This document shows, piece after piece, positions 22,840 to 37,800 of a DNA stretch of 64,000 bases. The first letter of the stretch is position 1. Each line of letters opens with the position of its first letter. The DNA is taken from assembly GCA_001643675.2 (NCBI GenBank), contig LSRY02000035.1, forward strand, positions 682,001 to 746,000, given 5' to 3'. This DNA comes from Monocercomonoides exilis PA203. Taxonomy: Eukaryota; Protista; Preaxostyla. The notes beneath the pieces were generated by a model. The model was not told the DNA's origin. It saw only the letters and a list, made by a program, of their open reading frames with translations, and did not search any database. Position numbers and translations under genes: made by a program.

Positions 22840-25800
22840 TCATTTATTTTTTCTTTGTAATGCTTTTCTTCCCTTTTTCTTAGCTGTCGTGTTTCTTCCA
22901 TGCAGAGCAGAACCGCTTGCAGGAGAAAGCTTGGGAGAACTTGAAGGAGAAGAAAAGCTAGACGATGAAAGTGAGGAAGGAGAAGAAGGCGAAGAAGGCA
23001 CTTGCTCCGAATTCAATGCTGGCGAAGACGAAGGAGAAGGCGCAGAAGCTGAGCTTGACGATGCAGGGGCAGACGTATCAATGCTTGAAGAAGCAGAGTT
23101 AGCAACAGAGCTTTCTTGGCTGGATGCATTAGATAAAGCAGATGATGGCTGATTAAGAGAAGCAGGAGGAAGAGACGAGGAAGGCGTCAACGACAAAGGA
23201 AGCAGAACATTGCTTTGCAACGGAGAAGGAAAAGTGATTGGATTTGAAGTATTGCTCGCAGAAGAGGCAGAAGATGGCGCAACACCCAACGGCTGCACAG
23301 CCTGAAATGCTGCTGGAGAAGAGTTAAACGTCTGAGAAGCAGAATTATAAGCTGATTGATTGAGGCTCTGGCTCATGTGCATCTGAGACAGATCCTGTGG
23401 AGAAGGCGGAATCTGCAAGGGCTGGCTTGACAGAGGAAGAGACTGATAAGGTGACGGAGGGAGAGAAGGCAAGAGAGAAGGCTGAGAAGAAAGAGAAGGG
23501 AGCCATGGCTGAGGAGAGTAAGAAAAAGCAGAGTTTGGCAGGAAGATGGGATTGAGACCAACTGGATGGACAGGATACAAAGGAAGAGAGGAAGATGGGG
23601 CTGATGTTGAAGATGATGATGCACTCGAAGTGGATGAAGAAGATGATGAAAATGGAGCGTTTGTTGTTGTCTTTCGAGAATTGTCAGATTTTGCTGATAA
23701 ATCAGATAACTTTGTGTTGGATGCTTGTTGTGTTGCAGTCATATTTGATGGATCTCCAAAAAAGGGAGGAAGTGAACTTCCAGAAAAGTTTGGCAGACTC
23801 ACAGGCGAAGACAGAAAAGTCGGCGTAACATCTGATGATGCAGAGGAATTCGTTGCATTTGAAGCCGTTGATGTTGATGGTGATGTAGAAGAAGAGGAAG
23901 AAGAAGAAGAAGAGGAGGAGGAGGAGGTAGAGGAAGAGGAAGAAGAAGTCAATGTTGGAATAGGAGCAGCAGAGAAGCGAGGTTGTTGTTGCTGCTGCTG
24001 TTGAGGTTGTGGCTGTTGAGGCTGCTGTGCAGGCTGTTGTGTCTGACTCTGAATGGAAAGCTGGCTGAGACGAGACAAAGGCTGTCTGAAGGGAGTAAAA
24101 TGAGGGACCATCCCTGCGTGTGCTGGTGGCAGTGAGGGAGGAACAGAAGAAGCATTGGAAGAAGGAGAAGCAGCACCAAAGGTGTAGATGGAAGAGGCAA
24201 CGAATGGATTGGCTGGGAAGAACGTTTGGGGAAGTTGAAGAGAAGGCTGAGGCGGGAGAGAATAAATGCTGGATGAGGGAGCAGATGAAAGAGGCTTTTG
24301 AGACAAAGAGCTGCCCATTGGTTGCACATTTGGTTGCAAAGGAGACGGTGTCTGGTGCAGCTGATAAGGCTGAGGAGGAAATCGAGTGTCAGTTCGCATC
24401 GAAGAAGTAGTTTTAGAGGTTGTAGAGGAAGAAGGAGCAGAAGGAGCAGAAGCAGGATTGGCAGATGATGAGGGAGAGGGGGAGAAGTTAGGAGATGCTC
24501 TCGAAGTACCCAAAGACGAGGAAGAAGATGGAATTGAGGCAAATTGAGTCGGAAACGATGGAATTGAGCCAGATGCAGCTGAAGATGTTCCAGATGTATT
24601 TGGAGACGACAATGAAGAAGAAGCAGAAGAGGAAGAAGGCTGAGGAAAAGCAGAAGTGGCAGCAGAAGAGTTTGCAGCATCGTAATTGTACATTCTCGAA
24701 TCTCGAATGGGAAATGGCGAATGAGGAGCAAATGTTGCAGTGTGATAAGGAAGAACATGCGATTGATAGGGCTGCCGTGCTGTTTGGATCTTCTTCGCCA
24801 TTCGCTTGTCAGATGACATCATTACACGATGCTGATTGTTCTGTGAAGAAGAAGAAGATGACGACGATGAGGAAGAAGAGGAGGAAGCCATTGAATAAGA
24901 AGGTAAGAATAATGACCCATTCTTGTAGTGCCCAGCGTTCTTCTTCATTCTCATGGTTGATGAGCCAGCAACAGAAGCACCTGAAGCACTGCCATCAGCC
25001 AATGAGGAGTATGCTGCCCCTGCTGCTTGGCTGTCTGATGGAAGGATGAACGAGAGATTGCTCAGAAGTCTGTCCTTTTCAAAGCCATTGCTTTTGCCTC
25101 GCTTTGAAATCGCAATGAATGTGGTGGCGAGTGAGGAGAGAGGAAGCTGGCAGGGGATTGTCTGAGTGTTAATCACAGTAGCAGCAGTAGTAGAAGAAGA
25201 AGATGTTGATGAAGCAGAAGAAGAAACAGAAGAAGGTGTTTTATTTCCCTGTTGAGTTGCTGATGCAACAGCTATTACCGCTTCATTGTGAGTGTCGCTT
25301 CCATTTTGAGCTGATAAATTGGTTGGCGCTTCCATTTTGTCTTTTGTTCTGTCTTTGATGCCTCTTTTGTGGTCATACGATGGAACATGCTTCAGCATCC
25401 TCACACAATTGCGCATGTAAATAAACGCTCTCAGAATGTTGTATGAAATCAGCGGTGGATTAACCAGCTCTTCTTCTTCTTCTTCTTCTTCTTCTTCTTC
25501 TTCTTCTTTGTCTTCTTCATTTTCTCCTTTATCATTATCATTTTCTTTCTCTTTCTCTTTCTCTTTCTCTTCTTGCATTTTTCCCTCATTTTTATCTTTC
25601 TCCTTCTCCTTTCCTTTCTCTTCCCCATTTCGTTCGTCTTTCTCAACATCCATCTTAATATCACCAACACCCTTCTCTTCAATCTCATTTTCTTCTTTTT
25701 TCTCTTCCAATTCTGTGTTTTTATTGCCTTTTTGTTCTTTTGTGCTCTCTTTTCCTTCTTCTCTGCTTGTAATTGCATTTCCATTTTGCGTCTCACTCTC

Positions 25801-28800
25801 CATTTTTGAAGAAGAAGAAGAAGAAGATGTTTGAACTTCTTTCTTTTCTTCCTTCAAAGCATCATCTTTCGCATCTGACTCATTCAGCCAGTCAAGCGAT
25901 GCGGCTGTCGATGCAGATTCCAAAATGGTGCTGTTTGCAGAATAAGCAGAGGCAAGTGACGAGAATGGATGAACTGGCTTAAACAGACACTCCAGCCACT
26001 TGCCCCAGAAACACGTGTTCTGCTGCACCATCAGCTGGGTGAAGCTGAAGGGAGTCTTCTTGCGACGCACTTTGCTTGAAGGAAGTGCTAATGCTTCAGC
26101 AGAAAGAGAAGAGGAAGAGGAAGAGGAAGAAGGGGAGGAATTAGAAGAAGATGTTGATGAGTCAGTTGATTGCTGTGTTGTTGAAGCAACATTGGTGTTA
26201 GTAGAAGAAGGCAGAGATGCAGATGAAGCTGTGGATGACGCAGTTTGAGAAGATTTGAGAGAAAACAATGATTGCTGTTCTGAAGACGAAGAGGATAAAG
26301 AAGATGGAGCAATAGAAGAAGAGGAAGAAGAAGCAGAAGAAGAGGTAGTAGAGGATGATGATGAAGGAGAAGAAGAAGAGGAAACAGAAGAAAAAACAGT
26401 TGGCTGAGGAACAGCCACAGTTGAAGTTGAATTTTTTGCAGTAACATTTGGCGACTTCAAAGCAGACAGAACGGAAGACGCAGAAGAAATTTGAGGAGCA
26501 GAAGAGGAAGCATTCTGTTGGTTGGATGCCTGCCAGTTTGTGGAGAAAGGAGAAGGAGAAAAGAAGGATAGGATTGCAGGGGAGATTGTTGAAGAAGAAG
26601 AAGAAGAAGAGGAGGAGGAGGAGGAGGAGGAGGAGGAAGAGGAAGGAGAAGATGTCGATGACGCTGAAGAGGAAGGATTAGAAGATGCAACAGCTGAAGA
26701 AGGAGATGTTGCTGAAGTATTCACAAAAGAAGAAGAAGATGATGATGAAGAAGTTGTGTTTGAAGAATTGCTATTTGATGCAGCAGGGAGACACTTTGAA
26801 TTATCAGTTGAAGCAGCATTTGATGTTGTGAAGTAATAAGTCATCGGGAGAGACAAAGAAGAAGGTGCTGTTTTCAAAATTCCTTTTGCCTTGTTTGCTT
26901 TCAGGTTGTCCATATATACCTTCACTTTCATCGTGCAGAATGGACATGTTTTGTTGAGTGAAAGCGCCATTTCTGAAAGAGGGCTGTAGAAATACTCTTC
27001 AATGAAGCTCTTTTTGTCATTGGCGAGTTTTTCAATGGAGGTTGATTGAATATCCTTTGATGTTGCTTGTGATGGTATCTCAGTTGATAGCTGTGGTGAT
27101 GAAGATTCAAGTTTGATCTCATTTATCTCTGACTTAACATCCACTTCCATGTGAATATCTTCTTTCATCTCATTTTTCAGTTCTTTTTCTGCTTTATCTG
27201 CATTTCCTTGTTGTTTAAACTTCTCAATTTCCTTTTCTTCTTCTTTCTTCAAGCTAGTATCTTTCAAAGATGGAGGCAATTCTTTGATTTCAATCACATC
27301 CAACGAGTCTTCTTCCATCTTTTGTGTTTCATCGTTTGCTTCACTTTTTTGAGTCGGTGATGAAGTTGAACTTTTCACTGCATCTTCTTTCTCTTCTTTC
27401 ACAGAAACATCATTTTCTTCTTTCAGTTCAACCACATCTGCACTCTTAATCATTGGCGCTGGCTGAGTCATCGTCTGTATCACAGCCACGTTTGCAGCTG
27501 ATGCAACAGCCACAATCGTGTTCGTTGGCGTCATCTGTGCTGCCACCACAGCCACATTCGCATTCTTCCCTTTGTTTCTGATTCCACTCACTTCATTCAG
27601 AAACACCATCATCTCCAACAACAAGGGCAGACTCCTGATTTCCCTCAGAAGCGATGCCATCCGCCTCGACAGATGGTTCATTGCACCAAACGGTCTCAGC
27701 CTCTGTCTTTCTGCTTTGTAGTCACTCTGCTCTGTCTCTGTGCTGTCTGATTCTCCACTACCGCTCCTGTTCACTCTGCCTGCTCCTCTCCCGCCTCTCC
27801 CTTCTCTCCCGTCTCTCCTCCGCTTCCTCCGCCCTATCTCCTCCAGAAGCGCTGCCATCGAGTCGCTCTCGCTCAGAATGTCATCGTCACTGCCCAGCTC
27901 GTCAAACAATCTCCACTTGTCTACCTTCCTCTTCCTCAGACTCACCGATGACAGAAGCATTGAGGAAGAAGCTGATCCAAATGTGTTCCTGTTCCTCCTC
28001 CGCCTTCTTGTGGGTGAAGTTCCACCTGTTTTGCGTTTGGATGAGTTGAGTGAGGACTTCGTGCGTGTCTGTCTGCGTTCTTGTCCTCCAAATTCTGATG
28101 AATAGTTTTGTTGAACTGAATCAGAAGAAGAGGAAGAAGAAGAAGAGCCACCCTGTGAGAGAGAAGGCAGATGCGCATTTGACCCAAACACAACCTGCTG
28201 GTCATTCTCAGCCACAATAATCGGCTCCTCTTTCGTTCCCTGGTCAGCCAATGATTTCCCTCCAGTGACATTCGATTGAGATGCATTTCTGTCTGCAGAC
28301 TGCCTTCTGAGCCTTCTCATTCGCGAAGAAGAAGACTTTGAGCCATTCTGAGCAATAGGATTGTCATAAATGAATGGATCGTTGTCAACCAAAGACGATG
28401 ACGAGGAAGAAGAGGAAGAAGAAGAGCCATTTTGTCCCCCATTTCGTGAGTGGTCGAGTCCTCCTCCTCTTGGCCTGTCAATCTCCATCTCTGCTATTCT
28501 GTATCTTGTGTGCCTTTCGATGTATACCGCATCATCAGTGTCTTCTTCAGAAGAGGCAGCAGACGAGGAAGGAGAAGGAGAAGGTGAGGGAGATTGAGAA
28601 ACAGAAGGGGAGATGGAAGGAGATACTGATGGGGAGACAGAGAAGGAAGGAGAAGGAGAAGGAGATGGTGTGGCAGAGGCAGAAGACAAAGAAGGAGAAG
28701 GTGTGAGAGGGAATAAAGGAGAGGTTGAGCGAGGAAGAGGAGGGGAATGAGAAGAGCTCAAGAATGAAGAAGGAGAGGAAGAAGAGGAGGAAACAGAAGA

Positions 28801-31800
28801 AGAAGCAGAAGATGTGGAAGAAGATGAATGAGATCTGCCGTGGTATGGTGCAACATGGCGATGAAACAACGAGGAATCAGAAGAAGTTGGAGAAGAGGAA
28901 GAAGAAGAAGAAGAAAGGGAAGAAGAAATATTCGAATTCTCCATCTGAGCTGATTTTCGTGCAGCATCAAGCAAAGAAAAGGGTTCTGAATGAATCGGAG
29001 TTTTGTTGGTTGGTGCGACGAAAGGAGAAGATGAATGGATAGCCTCAGAAATGATGTTGATGTCTTGCAGCTGGAGAAGCCTTTGCTCTTTGTCTTCTTT
29101 TGATTTCTGTTGCTCTTCTGATGGATAACTCGAAAGAGATGCAGTATTAGAATCATTTGAAGACAATGAAGAAGAAGATGATGATGAAGATGACGATGAA
29201 TGAATGCTGAAAGAGGAAGAAATGTCAAATGGAAGAGTTGCAATTGGATGATGCAGCGGAGGCGATGGAGAAGGTGTGTATTGAGACGGAAGAGCAGATG
29301 AAAGAGGAGAAGTTGGCTTTGCGGTGATTTCAGTTGGTTTGAGTATTTCTGGTAATTCTGCAGGTTCTGTTGATTTCATTGATTTCATTGATTCTGATGT
29401 ATTTGTTGGCTCAGAGGAAGAAGAAAGAGGAAGAGGAAGAGGAAGAGGAAATGAGGGAGAGGGAGAAGAAGATGAATCAGGAGAGGGAGAAAGAAAAGAC
29501 GAAGGCGAGGAAGAGAGAGAAGAAGACGGAGATGGAAAAGAAGCTGAAGAAGAAGAAGAGGCAGAAGTGGAAGAAGATAAAGAAATAGTAGAATTTTGAG
29601 TGTTTGTTTGATTTGTATCTGAAATAACTTCTGCTTTTGAAGAAGAAATGTTTGTTGTCGGCAATTCTGTTGGTGTTTGGCAAAGTTGAGGTGTCGAATG
29701 AGAAGGCAAACTTTGCTTTTCTTTTTCGTCTTCGTCTTCTTTTTCTTTTGCAATTTGGTGCAATTCATCCATCTTGTTCTGAACTTCTTTCTCAACTGTG
29801 TCATTGGCAGATGGAGAAGAAGCTTCAACTGAAGAAGAAAGAGGAGAAGATGTTGATTGTTCATGAAGAGATGAAGCCTGCGGTTGCATTGCATCTCTAT
29901 TTGTTTCATTCCCATCCTTCACAAAAGAAGCATCATTCTCTTCAACCGCTTTCTCTTTTCCTTCCTCCAAGCTCTTCGTTCCCTCTTCATTCGAGCCATT
30001 CACCGGCATAACCGCCACCAGCGGAGGCAGATCCAAACCAGATGTGTTTCTCTTTCTCCTCGTTCTTCTGCTGCCTTCAGACACAATCTGCATCTGCGCT
30101 GGCGAAGGAGAAGAGGAGTTTGGATCGATCTCCTTCTGATGGCGTGTGCGGATGACAAACACATCGCTGATGGGAGAAGAGAAGCCTTGTGGAGACTGTT
30201 TGGTGGAGGAATTGGGAGAAGAGGAAGGAGAAGAAGAGGAAGAAGAAGAAGAAGCAGATGATGAAGCAGATGATGAAGACTTGTTTGAATGCTGAGAGTA
30301 ATGTTCCATGAGAGACCGAAGAGAAGCCAAAGGTGTCTTTGGTGAGGTGATTGGAAGAGGAGTGGTGGATGTGATGACACTATCAAATGAATGAGAGCGG
30401 CGGAAGGAGAATGAGCCATTCAAAGAAGAAGAAGAAGAAGAAGAGGTTAATGAAGAGCTAAGTGTCACAGATGGAGTAGATGGGGTCGATGGGGCAGTGG
30501 CAGAAGTGACTGAAGGTGAAGAAGCTGCAGAAGAAGAAGAGGAAGAAGATGATGAAGGACAAAAAGGTTTGCCAGTCAACGCTTTCAAAATGATTTTTCT
30601 CCCGCTTCTTGTTGTGAGAGGAGTGTCTTTGCCAGATTCAGATGATGTTGGCTGAGATGAAGAATTAGACGAGGAAGAGGAGGAAGAGGAGGAAGATGAA
30701 GAAGGTTGAAGAGTTGATTGCAAAGAAGCTAAAGAAGACAATGAAGATAAAGAAGAAATAGAAGAAAGAGAAGGAATTGTCACCATGGAGCTTAATGAAG
30801 GATATAAAACTGAAGAAGAAGAAGAAGAATAAGATGATGATGATGATGATGATGATGAAGTTCTTTTTGTTGATTGATCTTCATCTGATTTTATGTTTGT
30901 GTTGATCTTTTTGCTTTCTGTTTGAGGAGTGGAATGTGATCGAGTAATAACAGGTGAATAATTCGAGGCATCGTTCTTTTCTTTCTCTTTTTCTTTTTCT
31001 TCTCTTTTTGTTTGATTCTCGCTGTTTCTGGACTTTCTTCTATTTCTTGTTGGAGCTATGTTTGAAGCAGCTGTTTCGTTAGAAGCTCCATTGTTCTGCT
31101 CTTGTTTTGCTGATCTCCTTCTGTTTGATTGCCTTGAAGAAGAGGACGTTGTTTCATTGTTTTTAGACTTTGTGTTATGTTTCTTGTTTGGATTGAATGT
31201 TAATGCAATTGCTTTGTATTTTGATGGCAAAGACGATGATCTTGCATTTGTCTGCTCCTTCTGCTTCTGTTTGGATGCATTTGAAGAAGAGGAAGATGTT
31301 GCTGATGATACTAAATTTAATCTTTCTTGCTCAGACACCTTCCACAGCTCCCTCTCCACATCAGATATGATCGATGCATAGGAAATTGTATCGTCTTCTT
31401 CCACTTGTGAAACAACTGAATCTCTTCTTTGCTCAGCTTCAGCCACTTCTTCATTCTTATTTGTGTTTGCAGCTGCATTTGATTTCTTGCTTTTTCTCTT
31501 TGTTTTATTCTCTTTTTCTCCCTCGTTCTTCTTTTCTATCTCTTTTCTCTCTTTCTCTTTCTCTTTCTCTTCAGTCAATTTATCAGATTCGTTTTCTGAT
31601 ATAACAATAATAGCTGCATTTTCATTGTCTTCTTCTTCCTTCATCTTCTTCTCCTCTTCTTTTCTTTCTTCTTCATTCTCTTCTGTCATCTTTCCATTTG
31701 TTTGCTTAGCTCCCCTTTTTAATGTTAGCTTGTTTGCTTGAGAACTTTCTTGTGCCTTTTCATTCAACGATGGCAGAATATTCTCAGACTGCAGAAGAGG

Positions 31801-34800
31801 TGTAGGTATCTTCCTTGGCCTTCCTCTCCGCTTCTTCACACTTGCACTTGGCAGTGGAACAAGAATGGTTATCTTCCCGTTTTCTTCCATGATATTCATT
31901 GAAAAAGCAGATGAAGAAGAGGAGGATGAGGAGGATGAAGAAGCATTTGTTGATTTTCTTGCATTGTTCTTGTTAGCATTTGTGTTCATATCATTTTTAT
32001 TCCCATTGAATTCCTTTCCTTCTTCTTTTCCTTTCCCTTCTGCCAGTTTAGCAGCCAGCGCCTTCGCCTCTTCTCTCCTCTTCCTTCTCTGCATGTTCCT
32101 CTTTGCTCGTTGCATCATCAGCTTTGCCTCTGCATCTGTCTCTGTCTCCAACGAGTCCATGAATGGATCCTCCAAATTGCTCGTGTTGTCATCTGTGTCA
32201 TCATGCTGCACCACAATCTCATCTGTCGTTCCTCTTCTTCTCCTTCTCCTTCTTCTCTTCTTCTGATTCTCCATATTCTTTGTCTTTCTCTTCTTCGCTT
32301 CATTTGTGCTCCGCTTCCATCTTCCGTTTTTGTTTCGGCTTCTTTCACGTGTTCGCCCTCTTCCTTCATATTCTCCATCTTCTCCTTCTTCTTCCTCCTG
32401 CTCCTCCTCTTCTTCATCATCCTCTTCGTCTTCGTCTGACTCATTCTTGTTTTCCTCTTCATCTTCTTCAGCTCCATCATCCGAAATCACTTTCTTTCTT
32501 CTACGGCGTTTTCCTGTCATGTTATTCTTCTTCATTCTTCTTCCCTTCTTCTTTCTTCTTTCTCCTTCATTTTCATCTTCGTTATCTTCTTCCTCGTCAT
32601 TAAACATTGATGACTCCACATCATCTGCTCTTCCTTGGTTCATTCTAGCTTGTGCCAAAGACTTTGATCCAGCCAGTGAACGAGGAGATGGTGAGGGGGA
32701 AGAGGAAGGGGAGGCAGAAGGAGAACGAGAGGGAGAAGGAGAAGGCGAAGGTGAAGGCGTGGGAGAAGGAGAAGGAGAAGCATTTGGATGATTAGTCTTT
32801 CTGCTGCTTCTTCTGAGTCTGTTTCTTGAGGAGCTGAGACGAGAGAGAGAGAGGCGGGACGAAGAACGAGAGGGCATTTCACTCAACATTTGGAGCTGCT
32901 CTCTAACCACAGCTGATGGACGGCGGGTGCGGTTGAGTGAATAAGGAGACACGAATGAAGGAGATGAGGAGGAGGAGCGCTGAGGATGGGATTTTGATGA
33001 GGAAGAAGAGGAAGAGGAAGAAGAGGAGGAAGAAGAGGAGGAAAAGGAAGATGAAGGAGGGGGATATAAATAAGGAGAAGAGGAGGATGCAGCAGAAGCA
33101 AATGCGACATTCACGTTGAAAGGAGAAGAAGAATAGCCAACAATTGGCGAGGCATCTGGCGATGGCATATGAGAAGTGCTTCTTCTTCTGCTTCTGCGCT
33201 CGCCAAAGTAAATCTTCTTTCTTCTGGAACGAGTGGGAGAAGGAGAAGGAAGAGGAGAAGCCAAAGGAGAAGACAGAAAAGAAGGAGAGGACGAAAGAAG
33301 AGCTGGATTAACAGCAGACGCATCAGATGATTGCAATAACTGAGCAATTTTTGTGATTTTGGATTTCTTTGAAGAAGAAGAAGAAGAGGCAGAAGAGGCA
33401 GTTAAAGCAGCACGGCGACGGATAAGAGGGCGACGAGGTGCCATTGGGGAAGAGAGAGGAGTGAAGATTGGGGTGGATGCATAGAGAGAAACATTTTGTG
33501 AAGAAGAAGAAGAAGAGAAAGAAGCAGAAGGCGATGAAGATGGAATAAGGGAAGAAGGAGAAGAAGATGCGTTGGGTGTTCCAAAGGAGAGAGAAAACAG
33601 AGAAGGAGAAGAAGAATCAGAAGAAGAGGAAGAGGATGAGGAAGAAGAAGATGATGATGAGATAGCCAAAGAAGAAGGAGAATCCATCTGAAATGAAGAG
33701 GAGTGAATTGGTTTAGCTGTCAGGAAAGGGTTTTTCCATGAGCGTTCTTTCAGAAATGAGCGGAGGGAGGTGCGATGAGGTGTGTGATGTGAGAGAGACA
33801 CAGAAGAAGAAGAGGAGGAGGAAGAGGAAGAGGAGGAGGATGAAGAATGAGAAGAAGGAGAGGAAGAAGAAAGAGAATTCCATGTCAAGTTGTCCATTTC
33901 CAATGGTTTGGGAACAGAATCATTGGCATTCACGAAGGAAGTGGGAGAAGAAGAAGGAGAAGAGAAAGAAGAATAAGAATAAGAATAAGATGATGATGAT
34001 GAATGAGAAGGAGATTGTTGTGTGTTTTTGAAAGGGGCGATGAGAGAGGAGCAGCGGTTGAACTTGTTTATGCGGTGGAGGATGGGATAGAGAGTGAACT
34101 GAGAGGAAATTTGGTGTTTGCGCTTTTTGAGGGTGTTTGCGGATGAAATGGAAGATTTGACAAGGGCAGTGGAAGAAGAAGAGGAGGAAGAAGATGGAGG
34201 AGGAAAAGAAGGAGAAGGAGAAGGAGAAGATGAAGAAGATGAAATGGAAGGTGTTTGAAGTTGTTGCTGCAGTTGCTGTTGAGAAGATGATTGTGATGTG
34301 GAGAGAATAGAATGTTCTTGTTTGATGGATGAAGTGTCTGTCTCTGAAGAAGAAGAAGAAGAGGAGGAAGAAGAAGAAGGAACAGAAACAAGTGAATACA
34401 GTTCCACTGATGTTTGTGAGGAAGAGGAAGGATAATGAGACATTTGTGGATGTGATGAAGAAGAAGAAGAAGATGATGATGATGATGCGGATGATTCAAT
34501 GACATCCATTGATTGGTCTTGTTTAATTTCAGTCATGTTAGTATTTGTGCTAAAACCTGTTGCTTCTTCTTTCTTTTCCCTTCCTTCGTTCTGAGTGGCT
34601 GTTGTGTCTATCTTCTTCTCCTCTTCCTTGAACAGATCCATCTGCGAATCCTGAAATTCTCCTAGTTTCTGGTTACTTGTGGTCTGTTTCATTTGATTCT
34701 CGTTTTGTTTATTAGGATCATTTGGTTGACTGTCACTGAAATGGGAGAAATGGCTGTGATGATGCTGATGATGATGCTGATGATGTGAGTGTGAGTGTGT

Positions 34801-37800
34801 ATGTGAATGAGTGTGATGTGAGTGATGTTCATGATTGTGTTGTGATTGTCCTTGAAGCGCATCTTCAGGGATTCCATTCATTTGCTCCATGTTTCTTCTT
34901 CTGCTTCTCCTTCTCCTCCTTCTTTCTTCCTCTTTCTTCTTCTTTTCCTCATCCTCATCTTCGATCACCCGATATGAAGGCGTGACTAGAAGAGTTCCAC
35001 CAGACTGATCCAACATTGGCGGCGGAGGAGGAGGCAGCACCTGAGAGAGAGGGAGAGACGGAGAAATAGAAAGAGAAGAAGACGGAGAAATAGAAAAAGA
35101 GCCAGAGCCAGAGGCAGAATACAGAGTGTTCAATACAGCTGTGGTGTGTCTGTGCATACGCGGCGTCAGTTGAGGAGGCAGGTCATACACAAATGGATTG
35201 TCATCTCTGATGATGGGAGTGTGGCTGACTGTTCTGTGCTGCCTCGTCTGTGGTGTCTTCATTGGAGTGTTGTTGCTGCTATTGCTGTTACTGTTGATGT
35301 TCTTTACCCCTGCTGCTGCTGATGATGATGATGACGATGATGGAGGAGGAGGTGGTGGTGAAGGTGTAAGGCCACTCCAGAAGGCATCTGCATATGAGCC
35401 ATCTTTCGAATCATCAGCTTCAAAAATTCTCTTTTCATGAGCTTCTTTCTCTTTCTCTCTTTCCCTTTCTCTTTCTCTCTCCTTCTCCCTCTCTCTCTCT
35501 GCCCCCAGCATCATCCTCTCTATCTGATGCTGGCTGCTCCTCAGTGACCTCACAGGCGATATTTCTGAGCTGTCGCTTCTTTTCGCCTTGTCTCCAGCCA
35601 AAAACGTCTGAGAAAAGAGATGGCTGGCATTGAGGAAGGCTTCGCTGTCATATCTTGCTCTTTCAAGTGCGATGTGGATGGCTGATGCTTCGGCAGAGAG
35701 GACAGACGAAGTGAGTGAAGAGGAAGAAATAGAAGAAGAAGAAGAAGAAGAAGAGGAAGAGGAATATGATGATATGTATGGATTGAGTGGGGTGGATAAC
35801 GACATGCTTGAGGGAGAGAGAGAAAGAGAATGAGTGAAGTGAGAGGAAGAAGGAGAGGCTGTTGGTGAATATGGAATGGCTGATGAACTGTCTCTGTTTC
35901 CTCTTCCATCAACTGCTCCAAATGGAGAAGAAGAAGAGGACGATGACATGAATGAAGGAGAAGAGGCAAAGGAAGGTGAAACAGCAGCAGCAGAGGAAGA
36001 GCAGTGAGTGAGGGTGGAATATGAAAGAGAAGGAGAGATAGAGCGACGTGAGCGGCGAGAAGGAGAAGAAGGAGAAGCAACTAAAGAAGAAGAAGATGAC
36101 GACGACGACGACGACGATGACAAGGAAGAAGAAGCAGAAGAAGTTGCAGAAGCAACCGCAGCAGATGTGACCGAAGTCAAAAACGGAGACTGGAAAGAGA
36201 GAGGAAGCACAGAAGCAGCAATGGATGAGGCAGCGTCTCTTTGTGGAGTGGACAAAGCGATGTCTCCATTGGCAAGCATTCCAGAGGGAGAGAGAGGAGG
36301 AGGGAGAGAAGGAACAAAGAGGGCACTCCGTTTGAGAAGAGAAGAAGGAATAGGGCCACGCTTTTTGGGGGGGTTGGAGGAGGATTTGCGAGAGTGAGAA
36401 GAGGAGGAGGAAGAGGAGGAGGAAGAAGAAGAAGAAGATTTTGGATAAGACTGATATGAAATAGAAGAAGGAGAGGAGGAGGATGATGATGATGAAGATG
36501 AAGAGGAAGAAGAGGAGGAGGAAGAAGAAGGCATAAACAGTGTCTGATAGATTGACTGCATTCTCCTTCTTCTTTTCACTGCTGGTTTCTTCTTCTTCAC
36601 AGGAGCACTTTCAGATGGAGTGTTTGCATCAGATGAAGAGACGCCTGCATTTGAGAGTGAAGAGGAATCTTGTGAGGAAGGGAGGAAAGAAAAGGGGAGG
36701 AAGAAAGAAGAGGAATGGAGGAGAGGAAGAGGAGGAGGTTCGATTGAAGAAAGAAGAGGTGATTTGGATAATGAAAGTGATGATGAAATGGAAGCAGTAG
36801 TGGATGTGAGCTGAGGATGAGGTGAAGAAGAAGAAGAAGAAGAAGGAAGGTTTGATGTATTTGTTGTGTCTGTTGAAGTGAGTGGAGTGCTGTTGATGAG
36901 AATGTGAGGTGAAGAGGAGGAAGAAGAAGATGATGATGATGATGATGATGAAATGGAAGAGGCTTGAATTTTTTCTGTTTCTGGAGAAAGAAAAGGGGAA
37001 GAAGGAGAAAGAAAATCAGTCGAAGAGGAAGAAGAAGAAGAGGAAGAAGAAGATGATGAGGAGGAGGAAGAGGAAGTTGATGATGCTGTTGATGAAGATG
37101 ATGAAGATGAAGCAGAAGCATCTGCATTCAATCCATTTTTCTTCGCATTTTGAGCATCATCAGCTGTTTGTTTCGTGTGTCTGTCTGCATCAAACAGCAC
37201 AATTTTCTCCTTCAGCTTTGCCAGCGCCAGCAGAGAAGACAAAGAAGATTGCATTTCTTCTTTGCTCAGCTGCTCTTTTGCAGTGGGGTTTCCTTTCCAC
37301 ACAAGTGACGCCTTCTTTATTCGCTTTGGACGAAGACGTGATTGAGAAGAAGAGGAAGAGGAAGAAGAAGAATTTTTCGTTTTTTGTGATGTCTTTTCTG
37401 TTGAATGAGTGTTTTGTGAATGATGATGGACTCTTTTCTCTGTGTTTTGGCGAGAATTGGTTGAAGGAGAGGAAGAAAAGCCAAAAGATGAAGATGAAGA
37501 TGAAGATGATGAAGCAGAAGCAGAAGAGGAAGAATCGATATTCATTGTAACAGAAGAAGGAGACAAGGAAGAAGAGGAAGAAGAAGAAGAGACAGCCAAG
37601 AAATCAACAGGAGAGGAAGAAGAGATTCCAGGGACGAAAGAAGAGCCAGCAGAAGCTGTGACTCCGTTGGATTTGAACTGGATGTCTGGAACGGTGTCTT
37701 TCAGCTGGAGAGGAAGGCGGATGTGGCGGTGGGGGCGGTTCTGCGCATAGGGAGTGAGAGGAGAGGAAGAGGAAGAAGAAGAGGAGGAGGAAGAAGAAGA

